Below, piece by piece: positions 49,657 through 58,871 of a stretch of 64,000 nucleotides of DNA. Source of the stretch: Desulfobulbaceae bacterium (GTDB lineage: Bacteria > Desulfobacterota > Desulfobulbia > Desulfobulbales > Desulfocapsaceae); contig JAGXHG010000037.1 of NCBI GenBank assembly GCA_024636345.1, positions 68,191 to 132,190 of the forward strand. The letters run 5' to 3'. Position 1 is the first letter of the stretch. Each line of letters begins with the position of its first letter. The position numbers and the translations under genes were made by a program. The notes beneath the pieces were generated by a model that saw only the letters and a program-made list of their open reading frames with translations, was not told the DNA's origin and ran no database searches.

Positions 49657-51441
49657 CTAAACCCCGACCGGGATGTGGATGGTAAAGGTGCTGCCCTTCC
49701 CCGGACTGCTCTCCACAGCGATGTGGCCATGATGGGCCGTAACAATATGTTTGACAATGGAAAGTCCCAGTCCTGTACCCCCCAGTTTGGCGCTCCGCGC
49801 CTTATCAACACGGTAAAAGCGTTCAAATATCCTGGAGATATCGTGCTGAGCAATCCCTGCCCCGTTATCACAGATGCGGATCAAGACTTCGCCCTGTTGT
49901 TCCTCCGCCTTTACCCTGATCGCGCTGCCCTTGCCGCTGTACTTAACCGCGTTATCCAGCAGATTGACCACGGCTTGTTCCAGCAGGGCGGGATTGATTC
50001 TGGCCGTGATCGTTTGCGCACAGTCCAGACTGATCACCATATTCTCCTGTTCCGCCCTGGGGCTGCAACTCTGAATTGCCGATTGCAGTATCTCCATCAC
50101 GGGTAGCTCCTGCAGGACAATTTCCTCCCGTTTGGCCTCCTGTTCAACACGGGAAAGGGCCAGCAGGTCTTCGACAATGGCATGCAGGCGTGAAGCCTGT
50201 TTGCTAATAATTGCGACAAATCGGCGGGCATCTTCCGGATCGTCGAGGGCGCCATCAAGTAAGGTTTCAGCAAAACCCTCAATGGAGGTTATCGGTGTTT
50301 TCAGCTCATGGGAGACATTGGCCACAAAATCACGGCGAATGGACTCCAGTCTCCGCAGCTTCGTCACGTCATTGAGAACGATAAGGGCTCCGGCAATATG
50401 GCCTTGGCGGTCCTGCAATCGGGTGCCATGGGCATAAAAATATTTTTCCTTGCCATCCGCACTCATCCGGCTACTGAATTCACCTTCAATGGGAGAGGCA
50501 CAGGCCAGGGAGTTTTTTACAAAATTCTGCAAATGGGTATTGCGCACGGCAAGCAGAATACTTTTCCCTTTGATTTTTTCAGGATCGACATTGAGCAGTT
50601 GAGCTCCGGACTCATTCACACTCAGAATCCTCTCCTCGGTATCCACCGTAATCACACCCTCAACCATACTGGAAAAAACCGCCTGTAATTGACTATGCTG
50701 ACGGACGATGGTTTGGATGCGGATATTAAGCTGGGTCGCCATTTCATTCAGGGCACGGGCAAGACTTGCCACCTCTTCCGCACCTTCTTCCTGCAATCTC
50801 ACAGTAAAATCACCTTTGGAGAAACGTTCAGCCCCCGACCTCATCTGCTCCAGTGGTTTGCTGATGCGGCGGGCAATAAACCAGGCGACAAGGGCCGCAA
50901 TCACAGCTACGACAAGGCAACCCCAGACAATTTTCTGATAAATGGCTGATAGCGCTTGCTCTATGGCAGTCACGGGGATTGCCGTGCGAAGCACGCCTAT
51001 CCTCTTCCCCTCACCCTGGAGAGGAATTGCCACGTACATGAGATTTTCCTGTAAGGTCTGGCTGAAACGCAAGGACGGAACAATCTTTCCGGAAATGGCC
51101 GCTATAATCTCAGGGCGGTCGTTATGATTTTCCATCCGAAGCGGATCTTCGTCCGAGTCGGCAAGGACCTTGCCGTCAGGGGCAATCACCGTCAGCCTGG
51201 TGGTGGATTTTTTTCCTGCTTCACGGCAAAACGCTTCAAGACCCGCTATATCATGGTGACCAAGATAAACACCAACAGTACTGGCCACAAGATGGGCCTG
51301 CGCCTCCAATCTGGCCGCAGTCTCATTCAATTGAAAAGAACGGATGGAAGATGTGCCGTACCAGGTAAAGGCCAGCAAGGCCCCAAGGGTGATAAGAAGC
51401 TGACTTGGATACAACTGCCAGATAAGACGTTTATTGTGCAT
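49657..51441 (-). CDS. Sensor histidine kinase, PhoR-like (extracytoplasmic domain-HAMP-PAS-HisKA-HATPase)
   Basis: Two TMs flank a ~150-aa sensor domain, followed by HAMP and PAS. The H-box is SHELKTPITSIEGFAETL, with G1 DNGAGI and G2 GGTGLGLSIV. It has the same upstream hexamer array as pstS. Confidence 0.85.
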   Translation of the reverse strand: MHNKRLIWQLYPSQLLITLGALLAFTWYGTSSIRSFQLNETAARLEAQAHLVASTVGVYLGHHDIAGLEAFCREAGKKSTTRLTVIAPDGKVLADSDEDPLRMENHNDRPEIIAAISGKIVPSLRFSQTLQENLMYVAIPLQGEGKRIGVLRTAIPVTAIEQALSAIYQKIVWGCLVVAVIAALVAWFIARRISKPLEQMRSGAERFSKGDFTVRLQEEGAEEVASLARALNEMATQLNIRIQTIVRQHSQLQAVFSSMVEGVITVDTEERILSVNESGAQLLNVDPEKIKGKSILLAVRNTHLQNFVKNSLACASPIEGEFSSRMSADGKEKYFYAHGTRLQDRQGHIAGALIVLNDVTKLRRLESIRRDFVANVSHELKTPITSIEGFAETLLDGALDDPEDARRFVAIISKQASRLHAIVEDLLALSRVEQEAKREEIVLQELPVMEILQSAIQSCSPRAEQENMVISLDCAQTITARINPALLEQAVVNLLDNAVKYSGKGSAIRVKAEEQQGEVLIRICDNGAGIAQHDISRIFERFYRVDKARSAKLGGTGLGLSIVKHIVTAHHGHIAVESSPGKGSTFTIHIPVGV

Positions 51442-51483
51442 GGGAACCCCCTTCGTTGATTGAAGTTAAACAGCGGCACCAAC

Positions 51484-51528
51484 ACAATAGCACGGGATTG
51501 TTAGAATATGATTAGCAAGGAATAATAA
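51484..51528 (-). promoter_or_regulatory. Candidate Pho-box promoter of the PhoR-like kinase gene
   Basis: The minus strand reads TTATTA-ttcct-TGCTAA-tcata-TTCTAA-(11 nt)-TATTGT. The + strand ATTGTTAGAATATGATTAGCA is near-identical to ATTGTTAGGATATGATTAAGA at 39145-39165. Confidence 0.5.
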
Positions 51529-51552
51529 TTTTTCCCTTTTCACTGAAACTGT

Positions 51553-51598
51553 TCAGTTCAGTACAGCACTCGGGATTCCGCCTGCTGTACTGAACTGA
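51553..51598 (-). terminator. Strong hairpin downstream of aspS
   Basis: TCAGTTCAGTACAGCA-(14 nt)-TGCTGTACTGAACTGA forms a perfect 16-bp stem. The trailing segment on the minus strand (ACAGTTTCAGTG) is only weakly U-rich. Confidence 0.6.
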
Positions 51599-51609
51599 GA
51601 CTTCCTTTC

Positions 51610-53394
51610 TTATTCTTTCCAGTCCGGACGGAGATAGAGCTCTGTCAGCTGTTTCCTGGCAACTGAAGCCGGGGCATCGGTAAGTGGACACGTTGCCTTC
51701 TGAGTCTTGGGAAAGGCGATGACATCACGGATGGAGTCGCTGCCGGTGATCAACATCATCAAGCGGTCAAGACCGAAGGCCAGGCCTCCATGAGGCGGAG
51801 CGCCAAGCTCAAGTGCCCGAAGCAGGAAGCCGAATTTGTCCTGAGCCTCTTCTTCGCTGATGCCGAGTACAGAGAGCACCCGGCTCTGCATAGCCCGCTG
51901 ATGGATACGAATGGAGCCGCCGCCGATTTCCGTGCCATTTAACACCAGGTCATAGGCACGGCTGTACACTGCGCCCGGGTCGGTTTCCAGTTTATCTTCA
52001 TCTTCTTCCTTGGGGGCAGTAAAAGGGTGATGCAGGGCCTGATACCTTTTTTCCCGCGCGTCATACTCAACCAGGGGGAAATCTGTAACCCAGACAAAAT
52101 TGAAAACACCAGTTTTCAACAGCCCCAGACGCCTGGCCAGCTCCAGACGCAGTTCTGCGAGCACCTGCAGGACTATCGCCTTTTTATCAGCGCCGAAGAA
52201 AAGGAGATCGCCTTCCTCGGCATCAAGCGCCTGACTCATGGCCGTCCGTTCCTCATCGCTGAAGAACTTGGCAATGGGTGACTGCCACTCACCATCTGCC
52301 TTCATCTTCACCCAGGCCAAGCCCTTGGCTCCGTACTGAGCCACGTATTCGGTAAGATCATCGAGGTCCTTGCGTGAAAAGGTGGCGCAACCCTTGGCGT
52401 TAATGGCCCGTACGGTTCCACCCTCATCAGCAATGGCGCGGAAGACCTTGAAGCCGCAGGTGCGGGCGATTTCAGTCAAATCGGTCAGTTCAAAGCCAAA
52501 TCGGGTATCAGGGCGATCCGTACCAAAACGGCTGACCGCCTCGTCATAGGTAATCCGGCCAAAGGGCGGGGCCACATCAAGATCAAGGGTATCCTTGAAG
52601 AGTTTGGCAATCATTCCCTCAGTGATCTTAATAATCTGCTCCTCATTGACAAAGGAGAGCTCCATATCGATCTGAGTGAATTCCGGCTGGCGGTCAGCCC
52701 GCAGGTCTTCATCACGGAAGCACTTGACGATCTGGTAATAGCGATCCATGCCCGCCACCATCAACAGCTGTTTGAAGAGCTGCGGCGACTGAGGCAGGGC
52801 ATAAAACTTCCCGGCATTGACCCGGCTGGGCACCAGATAATCACAGGCACCCTCCGGGGTGGAGCGGGTGAGCATGGGGGTCTCAACCTCAAGGAAGTCA
52901 TTATCGTTGAGATAAGTACGGATGGCCTGCACCGCCTTATGCCGCAGAATCAGTTTGTTCGCCATAGCTGGACGCCTGAGATCCAGATACCGATATTGCA
53001 GACGCAGGGTCTCAGAGACCTCAGATTCCTCATCAAGCGGAAAAGGAGGCGTCTCGCTGGTATTCAAAATCCGCAGTTCGTCCACAATGATCTCGATTGC
53101 GCCGGTCTTCAACTTGGAATTTTCCATCCCGTCAAGCCGGGCCACAACCCTGCCACGCAAGGCAATTACCCACTCACTGCGCAACTGATGCGCTTTGGCA
53201 TGCACCTCGGGATTGATCTCCGGATTAAAGACCACCTGGGTCAAACCATAGCGGTCACGCAGATCAATAAAGATGACGCCGCCATGATCACGCCGGCGTA
53301 AAACCCAGCCCATGAGCACAACTTCCTCACCGACATTTCCCTTGCCAAGATCGTTGCAGAAGTGTGTTCTGCATAAATTTCCCATTGATTCCAT
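51610..53394 (-). CDS. aspS: Aspartate--tRNA ligase
   Basis: Class II motifs (FRDEDLRADRQPEFTQID, GGGSIRIH, GLDRLMML) and an N-terminal OB anticodon-binding domain. Confidence 0.96.
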   Translation of the reverse strand: MESMGNLCRTHFCNDLGKGNVGEEVVLMGWVLRRRDHGGVIFIDLRDRYGLTQVVFNPEINPEVHAKAHQLRSEWVIALRGRVVARLDGMENSKLKTGAIEIIVDELRILNTSETPPFPLDEESEVSETLRLQYRYLDLRRPAMANKLILRHKAVQAIRTYLNDNDFLEVETPMLTRSTPEGACDYLVPSRVNAGKFYALPQSPQLFKQLLMVAGMDRYYQIVKCFRDEDLRADRQPEFTQIDMELSFVNEEQIIKITEGMIAKLFKDTLDLDVAPPFGRITYDEAVSRFGTDRPDTRFGFELTDLTEIARTCGFKVFRAIADEGGTVRAINAKGCATFSRKDLDDLTEYVAQYGAKGLAWVKMKADGEWQSPIAKFFSDEERTAMSQALDAEEGDLLFFGADKKAIVLQVLAELRLELARRLGLLKTGVFNFVWVTDFPLVEYDAREKRYQALHHPFTAPKEEDEDKLETDPGAVYSRAYDLVLNGTEIGGGSIRIHQRAMQSRVLSVLGISEEEAQDKFGFLLRALELGAPPHGGLAFGLDRLMMLITGSDSIRDVIAFPKTQKATCPLTDAPASVARKQLTELYLRPDWKE

Positions 53395-53528
53395 GAGGTT
53401 ATAGTATAGAAGTAAAAGTTTTAAGAAATGATTCAGGTAGATAGGAAAGAATAACCTGAGTAGTTAAAATTTCATGAAGATTTAAGCCACAGTAAAAAAA
53501 TAACACGCCTTCCTGAAGAACAAAAGGG

Positions 53529-53589
53529 CATAAAGAGCCGTAACGAAATAGTCGTAAGGACCAAGTTATTCTGCAACGGCTCCGATGTT
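53529..53589. repeat. Copy c of the GAGCCGTWACGAAAT repeat family, abutting the hisS stop codon
   Basis: GCATAAAGAGCCGTAACGAAATAGTCGTAAGGACCAAGTTATTCTGCAACGGCTCCGATG. It aligns along its whole length with the reverse complement of copy a. Confidence 0.7.
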
Positions 53590-54864
53590 TCAGGCAGATA
53601 TCAATGTTACCAGAGTTTGCACTGTTGTTGCCTCATCCTGCAACAGGATATCCTGCTGCTCCTGAGTGGCCATGTTCCTGAGCACAGCCTTACCTTTGAC
53701 TAGTTCATTCTCTCCCAGGATCAGCACATAAGGTACGCCAAGCTTGCCCGCCTGTTTCATCTGACTCTTCAGGCTCCGGCCCTCAAAATCCATGACGACC
53801 CGCATTCCACCCGTACGCAAAGCATGGGTCAAACCAAAACCATAGCGTGACGATTGTTCGCCCAGTCCGGCCACCAAGAGATCCACCCCTGAAGCTGCAA
53901 GCTCCGCCTCTTGCTGCTGCAACAGTAAAACTAGACGCTCCATGCCAAGGGCAAAACCAATCCCGGGCACCCGCGGCCCGCCCAATTGTTCAATCAGGCC
54001 ATCATAACGCCCACCGGCCCCAACTGCAGCCTGAGCGCCGAGATCACCGGTGATAAATTCAAAAGTGGTACGGGTATAATAATCAAGGCCGCGCACCATG
54101 AATTTATTCAGGCTGTACTGCACGCCAAGCTGCTCAAGACCCTCCTGTACGCCACTCAAATGGTCAGCACAATCAGCACAGAGATGCTCCAGAAGAGAGG
54201 GAGCCTCCAGCACCTGTTCCCGGCACTTGGGGTTTTTACAATCAAGAACCCGCAACGGGTTGGTGGAACTCCGCCTTTTGCAGTCATCACAAAGCGCTTG
54301 ATGACGGTCATCAAGGAAAGCCAGAAGACTGGTACGGAACCCGGGACGGCAGACCGGACAGCCAAGAGAATTCATCTCCAGACTCACCGAAAGCCCCAAC
54401 TCAGCCAGCAACATGGCACCCATGGCCATCATCTCGGCATCAACGCGCGGACTGGCAGATCCCAACACCTCGGCATCCATTTGATGAAACTGCCGAAGCC
54501 GACCCTTCTGCGGCCGCTCATGACGAAACATGGGACCAATGGTAAAGAGCCGCTGCACCGGTTTCTGCACATGCAAGCCATGTTCGATATAGGCCCGCAA
54601 CAGTGAGGCTGTGGCCTCCGGTCGCATGGTTACCTGCTTGTCGACAAAGGTGTACATTTCTTTCTCGACAATATCCGTTGATTCACCAATGGCACGGGCG
54701 AAAAGGTCTGTCTTTTCCAGGATGGGCAGCCTGATCTCAGAAAAGTTGAAACGGGCAAAAATATCGCGAGCAAGGGCCTCCAGCCGCTGCCACAATTCCA
54801 CCTCTCCTGGAAGTATGTCTTTAAAGCCATTTAAGGCTTTTATATTCACCGTCCGATCCTCCAA
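53590..54864 (-). CDS. hisS: Histidine--tRNA ligase
   Basis: Motifs MRPEATASLLRAY, FRHERPQKGRLRQFHQ and GGGRYDGL, with a C-terminal anticodon-binding domain. Confidence 0.96.
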   Translation of the reverse strand: MEDRTVNIKALNGFKDILPGEVELWQRLEALARDIFARFNFSEIRLPILEKTDLFARAIGESTDIVEKEMYTFVDKQVTMRPEATASLLRAYIEHGLHVQKPVQRLFTIGPMFRHERPQKGRLRQFHQMDAEVLGSASPRVDAEMMAMGAMLLAELGLSVSLEMNSLGCPVCRPGFRTSLLAFLDDRHQALCDDCKRRSSTNPLRVLDCKNPKCREQVLEAPSLLEHLCADCADHLSGVQEGLEQLGVQYSLNKFMVRGLDYYTRTTFEFITGDLGAQAAVGAGGRYDGLIEQLGGPRVPGIGFALGMERLVLLLQQQEAELAASGVDLLVAGLGEQSSRYGFGLTHALRTGGMRVVMDFEGRSLKSQMKQAGKLGVPYVLILGENELVKGKAVLRNMATQEQQDILLQDEATTVQTLVTLISA

Positions 54865-55049
54865 AATTCATCACTGATTACCAAATCATCTTATAAAAAA
54901 AGATTTAAAATTAACTGCAATTCCGGGAAAAAGTCAAGGATGGCGCGGCGGACACTGAAAGTTTCAGCCTTTTTAGTGACAGACAGAAGGGAATAATCCG
55001 TCTTAATCTCACTCACATCTCTCTTTCCTGCAATTTACAGCGGCACTGC

Positions 55050-55078
55050 TTGACAAAACATGGTAAGCAGTGCATTAT
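55050..55078 (+). promoter_or_regulatory. Candidate sigma70 promoter for the NMO/FabK-like gene
   Basis: TTGACA (55050-55055), a 17-nt spacer, then CATTAT (55073-55078) followed by ATATTTTTT. Confidence 0.4.
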
Positions 55079-55129
55079 ATTTTTTTGTTTATTAGACCCT
55101 TTGTTATGTTACAGGAGTTTTTTACGCAC

Positions 55130-56116
55130 ATGAAGTTACCACCACTTAAAATTGCAAATTTTACGGCCAAAGTCCCTTTAATTCAGGGCGGTATGTCTAT
55201 CCGTGTTTCCACCTCCGCACTGGCCGCACCCGTAGCTAGCTGTGGCGGCATTGGGGTTATCGGCGGTTCCGGCATCCCCACAGATGAACTGAAGGCCGAT
55301 ATTCTCAAGGCCAAGGCCAATACTGATGGCATTGTGGCAGTCAACATCATGTACGCCATGAAGAATTTCTACAATCTGGTGATGGCCTCCATCGAAGTCG
55401 GTGTTGACATGATCATCACCGGCGCCGGATTTTCCCGGGATATCTTTAAGATCGGACGTGACCACAACACCCCCATTGTCATGATCGTCTCCTCACCGGG
55501 CATCGCCAAACTTGCCGAGAAACTGGGTGCGGCAGCCATTATTGTCGAAGCCTGTGAGGCAGGTGGGCACCTGGGTACAGATCGCCCTTTACGTGAGATA
55601 TTCCCCCCGATCCGGGATGTGATCACCAAGGTTCCGCTCATTGCCGCAGGCGGCATCACCAATGGCTACGAGATGGCGGAGATGATGGATAAATATGGCG
55701 CTGACGGCATCCAGATCGCCTCCCGTTTTGTCTTAAGCGAGGAGTGCGATGTAGCTGACAGCTTCAAGCAGACCTTTCTCAATGCCAAAAAAGAGGACAT
55801 TGTTCTCACCTCGTCTCCAGTCGGCATGCCAGGCCGGGCGATCAACACCCCCTTTATTCAGGCCATGGCCAGAGGCGAAGACGTCTCCACCAAAAGATGC
55901 GATTACAAGTGCCTGAGGAAATGCGACCACCATTACTGCATCAATGAACGGCTGATGATGGCCAGGAACGGAAATGTCCAGGAAGGGCTGGTCTTCTCCG
56001 GGGCCAATACCTACAAGATGAAAGAGATCCTGCCCGTTGCTGAAATCTTCCGCCAATTTGTAACCCAGGCCGAATCCGTTTATAAGGAAGGGCGCGGCTT
56101 CACTCCTGCGAGCTGA
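55130..56116 (+). CDS. Nitronate monooxygenase / FabK-like FMN oxidoreductase (NMO family)
   Basis: Motifs PLIQGGMS, GGIGVIG, IVEACEAGGHLG and AAGGI, with a Cys-rich tail KRCDYKCLRKCDHHYC. The start is set at MKLPPLKI (55130). The ORF-track GTG at 55070 lies inside the putative promoter. Confidence 0.82.
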   Translation: MKLPPLKIANFTAKVPLIQGGMSIRVSTSALAAPVASCGGIGVIGGSGIPTDELKADILKAKANTDGIVAVNIMYAMKNFYNLVMASIEVGVDMIITGAGFSRDIFKIGRDHNTPIVMIVSSPGIAKLAEKLGAAAIIVEACEAGGHLGTDRPLREIFPPIRDVITKVPLIAAGGITNGYEMAEMMDKYGADGIQIASRFVLSEECDVADSFKQTFLNAKKEDIVLTSSPVGMPGRAINTPFIQAMARGEDVSTKRCDYKCLRKCDHHYCINERLMMARNGNVQEGLVFSGANTYKMKEILPVAEIFRQFVTQAESVYKEGRGFTPAS

Positions 56117-56135
56117 GGCATCGACACACTACTTT

Positions 56136-57542
56136 ATGTCCAATACGCAACACAAAGCTGAGAAAAAAGACGCCACGTCACCTCCTGCAACGTCCTGCAT
56201 TCTCGCACTCGGCGAGCATCCCATCACCCGCGGGATGCTTGACGACGACGCCCTCTTAGTACTGCGGAAACTGCATGATGCCGGATTTTCAGCGTACCTG
56301 GTTGGCGGCGGGGTTCGAGATCTCTACCTGGGCAAGATTCCAAAAGATTTTGATATCAGCACCAACGCCCACCCCGGCCAGATCCGTAAGATTTTCCGCA
56401 ACAGCGTGACCATAGGCCGTCGTTTCAGACTGGTTCAGGTATTCTTTCGCCATGGCAAGACCATCGAGGTTTCCACCCTTCGTTCTCTCAGTGAATACGA
56501 TCTGGATGGCCCGGAGACCGTTCTGGCGCCCAATAATACCTTTGGCAGCCTGGAAGAAGATGCTCAACGGAGGGATCTGACCATCAATTCCCTGTTTTAC
56601 GAGATAGAAAACAACACCATCCTCGATTACGTGGGCGGCATTGACGACCTGAACAACTCCATAGTCCGCATCATCGGCGATCCGGACAAGCGGATCACCC
56701 GCGATCCCGTGCGCATGCTGCGGGCCATCCGTCATGCCGCCCGCATCAACTTCACCATCGAGGAACAAAGCTGGCAGGCCATCTGCAGACACCACCACGA
56801 GCTCACTCTCTGCCCTCCATCCCGTCTGCGTGACGAGCTCTTCAAGGACCTGCACAGCGGTTCGCTGCTGAAATGGTTTCATCTTGCCAGTGACTCAGGT
56901 CTATTTGTCAGTATCCTGGCTCCATACAAAGAAATTCTGGACTCAGATCCCTCCTGCAAAGAGCAACTGATCAACCTGTTTACCGTTGTCGATCGAGTCA
57001 GCACTAAAATGACGGAAGAACAGATCGGACAGCGGCTGCCAAACGAATTTCTGCTCGCTCTGGTACTGCTGCCCTGGGCCAACATTAAATTTAACTTTAT
57101 CAAAGAGGAGCTGAAAGGCTCTGCGGCATATCAGTTCAGCAAACAACTGCGGACCAGCCTGGATCTGGAAATCGGCACCCAACTGAATCTTCCCCGCGCC
57201 ACCCGTCAAGAGATTGTCAGCCTTATCAGCAGCCTGCCTATTTTCCTTCAGCATCAGGAAAAAGGTTCCTGGCCGCAGTGGCTGACCCGGAAAAGCTACT
57301 TTAAAAACAGTCTTCTTTTTTATCATTTTTACCTGGAGTCCGTCGGTGGCATGCCTGTTCCCGACAGCCAGCTGGATATTGTTCCCCTGCCCGTGCCAGT
57401 ATCAAAACCACGTTCCAGTTCCAACGGAAAACGTTCTTCCCGCTCCGGCATTACCGGGCCGGCTTTTTCCTCTGATGCCCCCGGCGGCATCTTCGGTTTC
57501 AAGAAAAATTTCCCTGCCAAAGGGAAAAACAACAAATCATAA
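56136..57542 (+). CDS. pcnB: Poly(A) polymerase I / tRNA nucleotidyltransferase family (PcnB-like)
   Basis: Motifs YLVGGGVRDLYLGKIPKDFDIST, TIGRRFRLVQVFF and RRDLTINSLFY, with a basic C-terminal tail. Confidence 0.85.
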   Translation: MSNTQHKAEKKDATSPPATSCILALGEHPITRGMLDDDALLVLRKLHDAGFSAYLVGGGVRDLYLGKIPKDFDISTNAHPGQIRKIFRNSVTIGRRFRLVQVFFRHGKTIEVSTLRSLSEYDLDGPETVLAPNNTFGSLEEDAQRRDLTINSLFYEIENNTILDYVGGIDDLNNSIVRIIGDPDKRITRDPVRMLRAIRHAARINFTIEEQSWQAICRHHHELTLCPPSRLRDELFKDLHSGSLLKWFHLASDSGLFVSILAPYKEILDSDPSCKEQLINLFTVVDRVSTKMTEEQIGQRLPNEFLLALVLLPWANIKFNFIKEELKGSAAYQFSKQLRTSLDLEIGTQLNLPRATRQEIVSLISSLPIFLQHQEKGSWPQWLTRKSYFKNSLLFYHFYLESVGGMPVPDSQLDIVPLPVPVSKPRSSSNGKRSSRSGITGPAFSSDAPGGIFGFKKNFPAKGKNNKS

Positions 57543-57598
57543 GTTCTTCCTTTTTCCTTCCCTGCTCCACTCTTTTCTCTCAGCAATCCATTCGAACA

Positions 57599-57623
57599 TA
57601 TTGTTCAATATTATTGAACAATA
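57599..57623. promoter_or_regulatory. Perfect 25-bp palindrome upstream of the hydrogenase promoter (candidate operator 1)
   Basis: TATTGTTCAATA-T-TATTGAACAATA, with 12-bp arms read directly from the sequence. Confidence 0.55.
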
Positions 57624-57648
57624 ACGGCCTAAAATCCAACAGTAAACC

Positions 57649-57678
57649 TTGACAAACCCATTTACTCTCTCGTATCAT
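57649..57678 (+). promoter_or_regulatory. Candidate sigma70 promoter of the [NiFe] hydrogenase operon
   Basis: TTGACA (57649-57654), an 18-nt spacer, then TATCAT (57673-57678). The SD AGGAGGA and ATG 57730 lie downstream. Confidence 0.5.
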
Positions 57679-57691
57679 CAATATTATTGAT
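57677..57691. promoter_or_regulatory. 15-bp palindrome overlapping the -10 and TSS (candidate operator 2)
   Basis: ATCAATA-T-TATTGAT shares the core CAATATTATTG with operator 1. Confidence 0.5.
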
Positions 57692-57729
57692 CGTTTCTCA
57701 GTTTCCGGTTTTTACAACAGGAGGATGAT

Positions 57730-58827
57730 ATGACAGACACAGAAAATAGTACGGATCTTGAGCTGCAACTCAACCGGCGCGGTTTCCTCAAAGGTTGCAC
57801 CATGGTTGCAGCGGCACTTGGCATCTCTGAGGCCATGATTCCCAAGCTTCTCGAAGCAGCCACCTCCGCTCAGAGACCACCGGTGATCTGGCTGCACTTC
57901 CAGGAATGCACCGGCTGCACTGAGAGCCTGCTTCGGGCCTCACATCCAGATATTGGCCGCCTGATTCTCGATATCATCTCCCTTGATTACCATGAAACGG
58001 TGATGGCGGCAGCCGGACACCAGGCAGAAAAGAGCCTCCATGATACCCTGGACAAATATGCGGGGAAATTCCTCTGCGTGGTCGAGGGCGCAATTCCCAC
58101 CAAAGACAAAGGCATTTACTGCAAGATCGCGGGACGCACCGCCGTTGATATCCTGGCAGAGGTTGCGCCCAAGGCCGCGGCCATTATCGCCATCGGCGCC
58201 TGCGCCACCTACGGAGGAATTCAAGCGGCAGAGCCCAATCCCACCGGTTCTGTAGGTGTACAGGATCTGGTCTCAGGGACACCGGTGATCAACATCCCCG
58301 GCTGTCCACCAAATCCCATTTCATTCCTGGGCACTGTCCTTCATTACCTGACTTTCAACCGCCTGCCGATAACCGACAATCTGGGCCGACCTCTTTTTGC
58401 CTATGGCCGCAGAATTCATGACCATTGCGAACGACGGGCCCACTTTGACGAAGGCCGTTTCGCCGAACAGTTCGGTGATTTTGGCCACCGAAACGGCTAT
58501 TGCCTCTATAAGGTTGGCTGTAAGGGCCCAGAAACCTTTTCCAACTGCCCTTCAGTCCGCTTTAATGATGTAGACGCCTGGCCGGTCAGTGTTGGCCACG
58601 GCTGCATAGGCTGCACAGAACCCAATTTCTGGGACACCATGACCCCCTTCTATGAACGACTACCCAATGTCCAGATCCCTGGAACCAGCGGGATTACCGA
58701 TGTTGACAGCGCCGGAAAAACGATTCTGGGCGTCGCCGCAGCTGCCGTCGGCATCCATGCCGCGATCGGTATCGGTAAGAAAGTAATCAAAGGCTGCGGC
58801 TGCAAGAACGAAAATAAAGAGAGTTGA
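57730..58827 (+). CDS. [NiFe] hydrogenase small subunit (group 1, Tat-exported, C-terminal membrane anchor)
   Basis: Twin-arginine signal NRRGFLKGCTMVAAALG, the Fe-S Cys pattern (ECTGCTES...), and the C-terminal hydrophobic helix ILGVAAAAVGIHAAIGIG. Confidence 0.95.
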   Translation: MTDTENSTDLELQLNRRGFLKGCTMVAAALGISEAMIPKLLEAATSAQRPPVIWLHFQECTGCTESLLRASHPDIGRLILDIISLDYHETVMAAAGHQAEKSLHDTLDKYAGKFLCVVEGAIPTKDKGIYCKIAGRTAVDILAEVAPKAAAIIAIGACATYGGIQAAEPNPTGSVGVQDLVSGTPVINIPGCPPNPISFLGTVLHYLTFNRLPITDNLGRPLFAYGRRIHDHCERRAHFDEGRFAEQFGDFGHRNGYCLYKVGCKGPETFSNCPSVRFNDVDAWPVSVGHGCIGCTEPNFWDTMTPFYERLPNVQIPGTSGITDVDSAGKTILGVAAAAVGIHAAIGIGKKVIKGCGCKNENKES

Positions 58828-58871
58828 TCAGCTTTAAAGCTGAACTGAAATCATAGCAGGAGGATACACCC

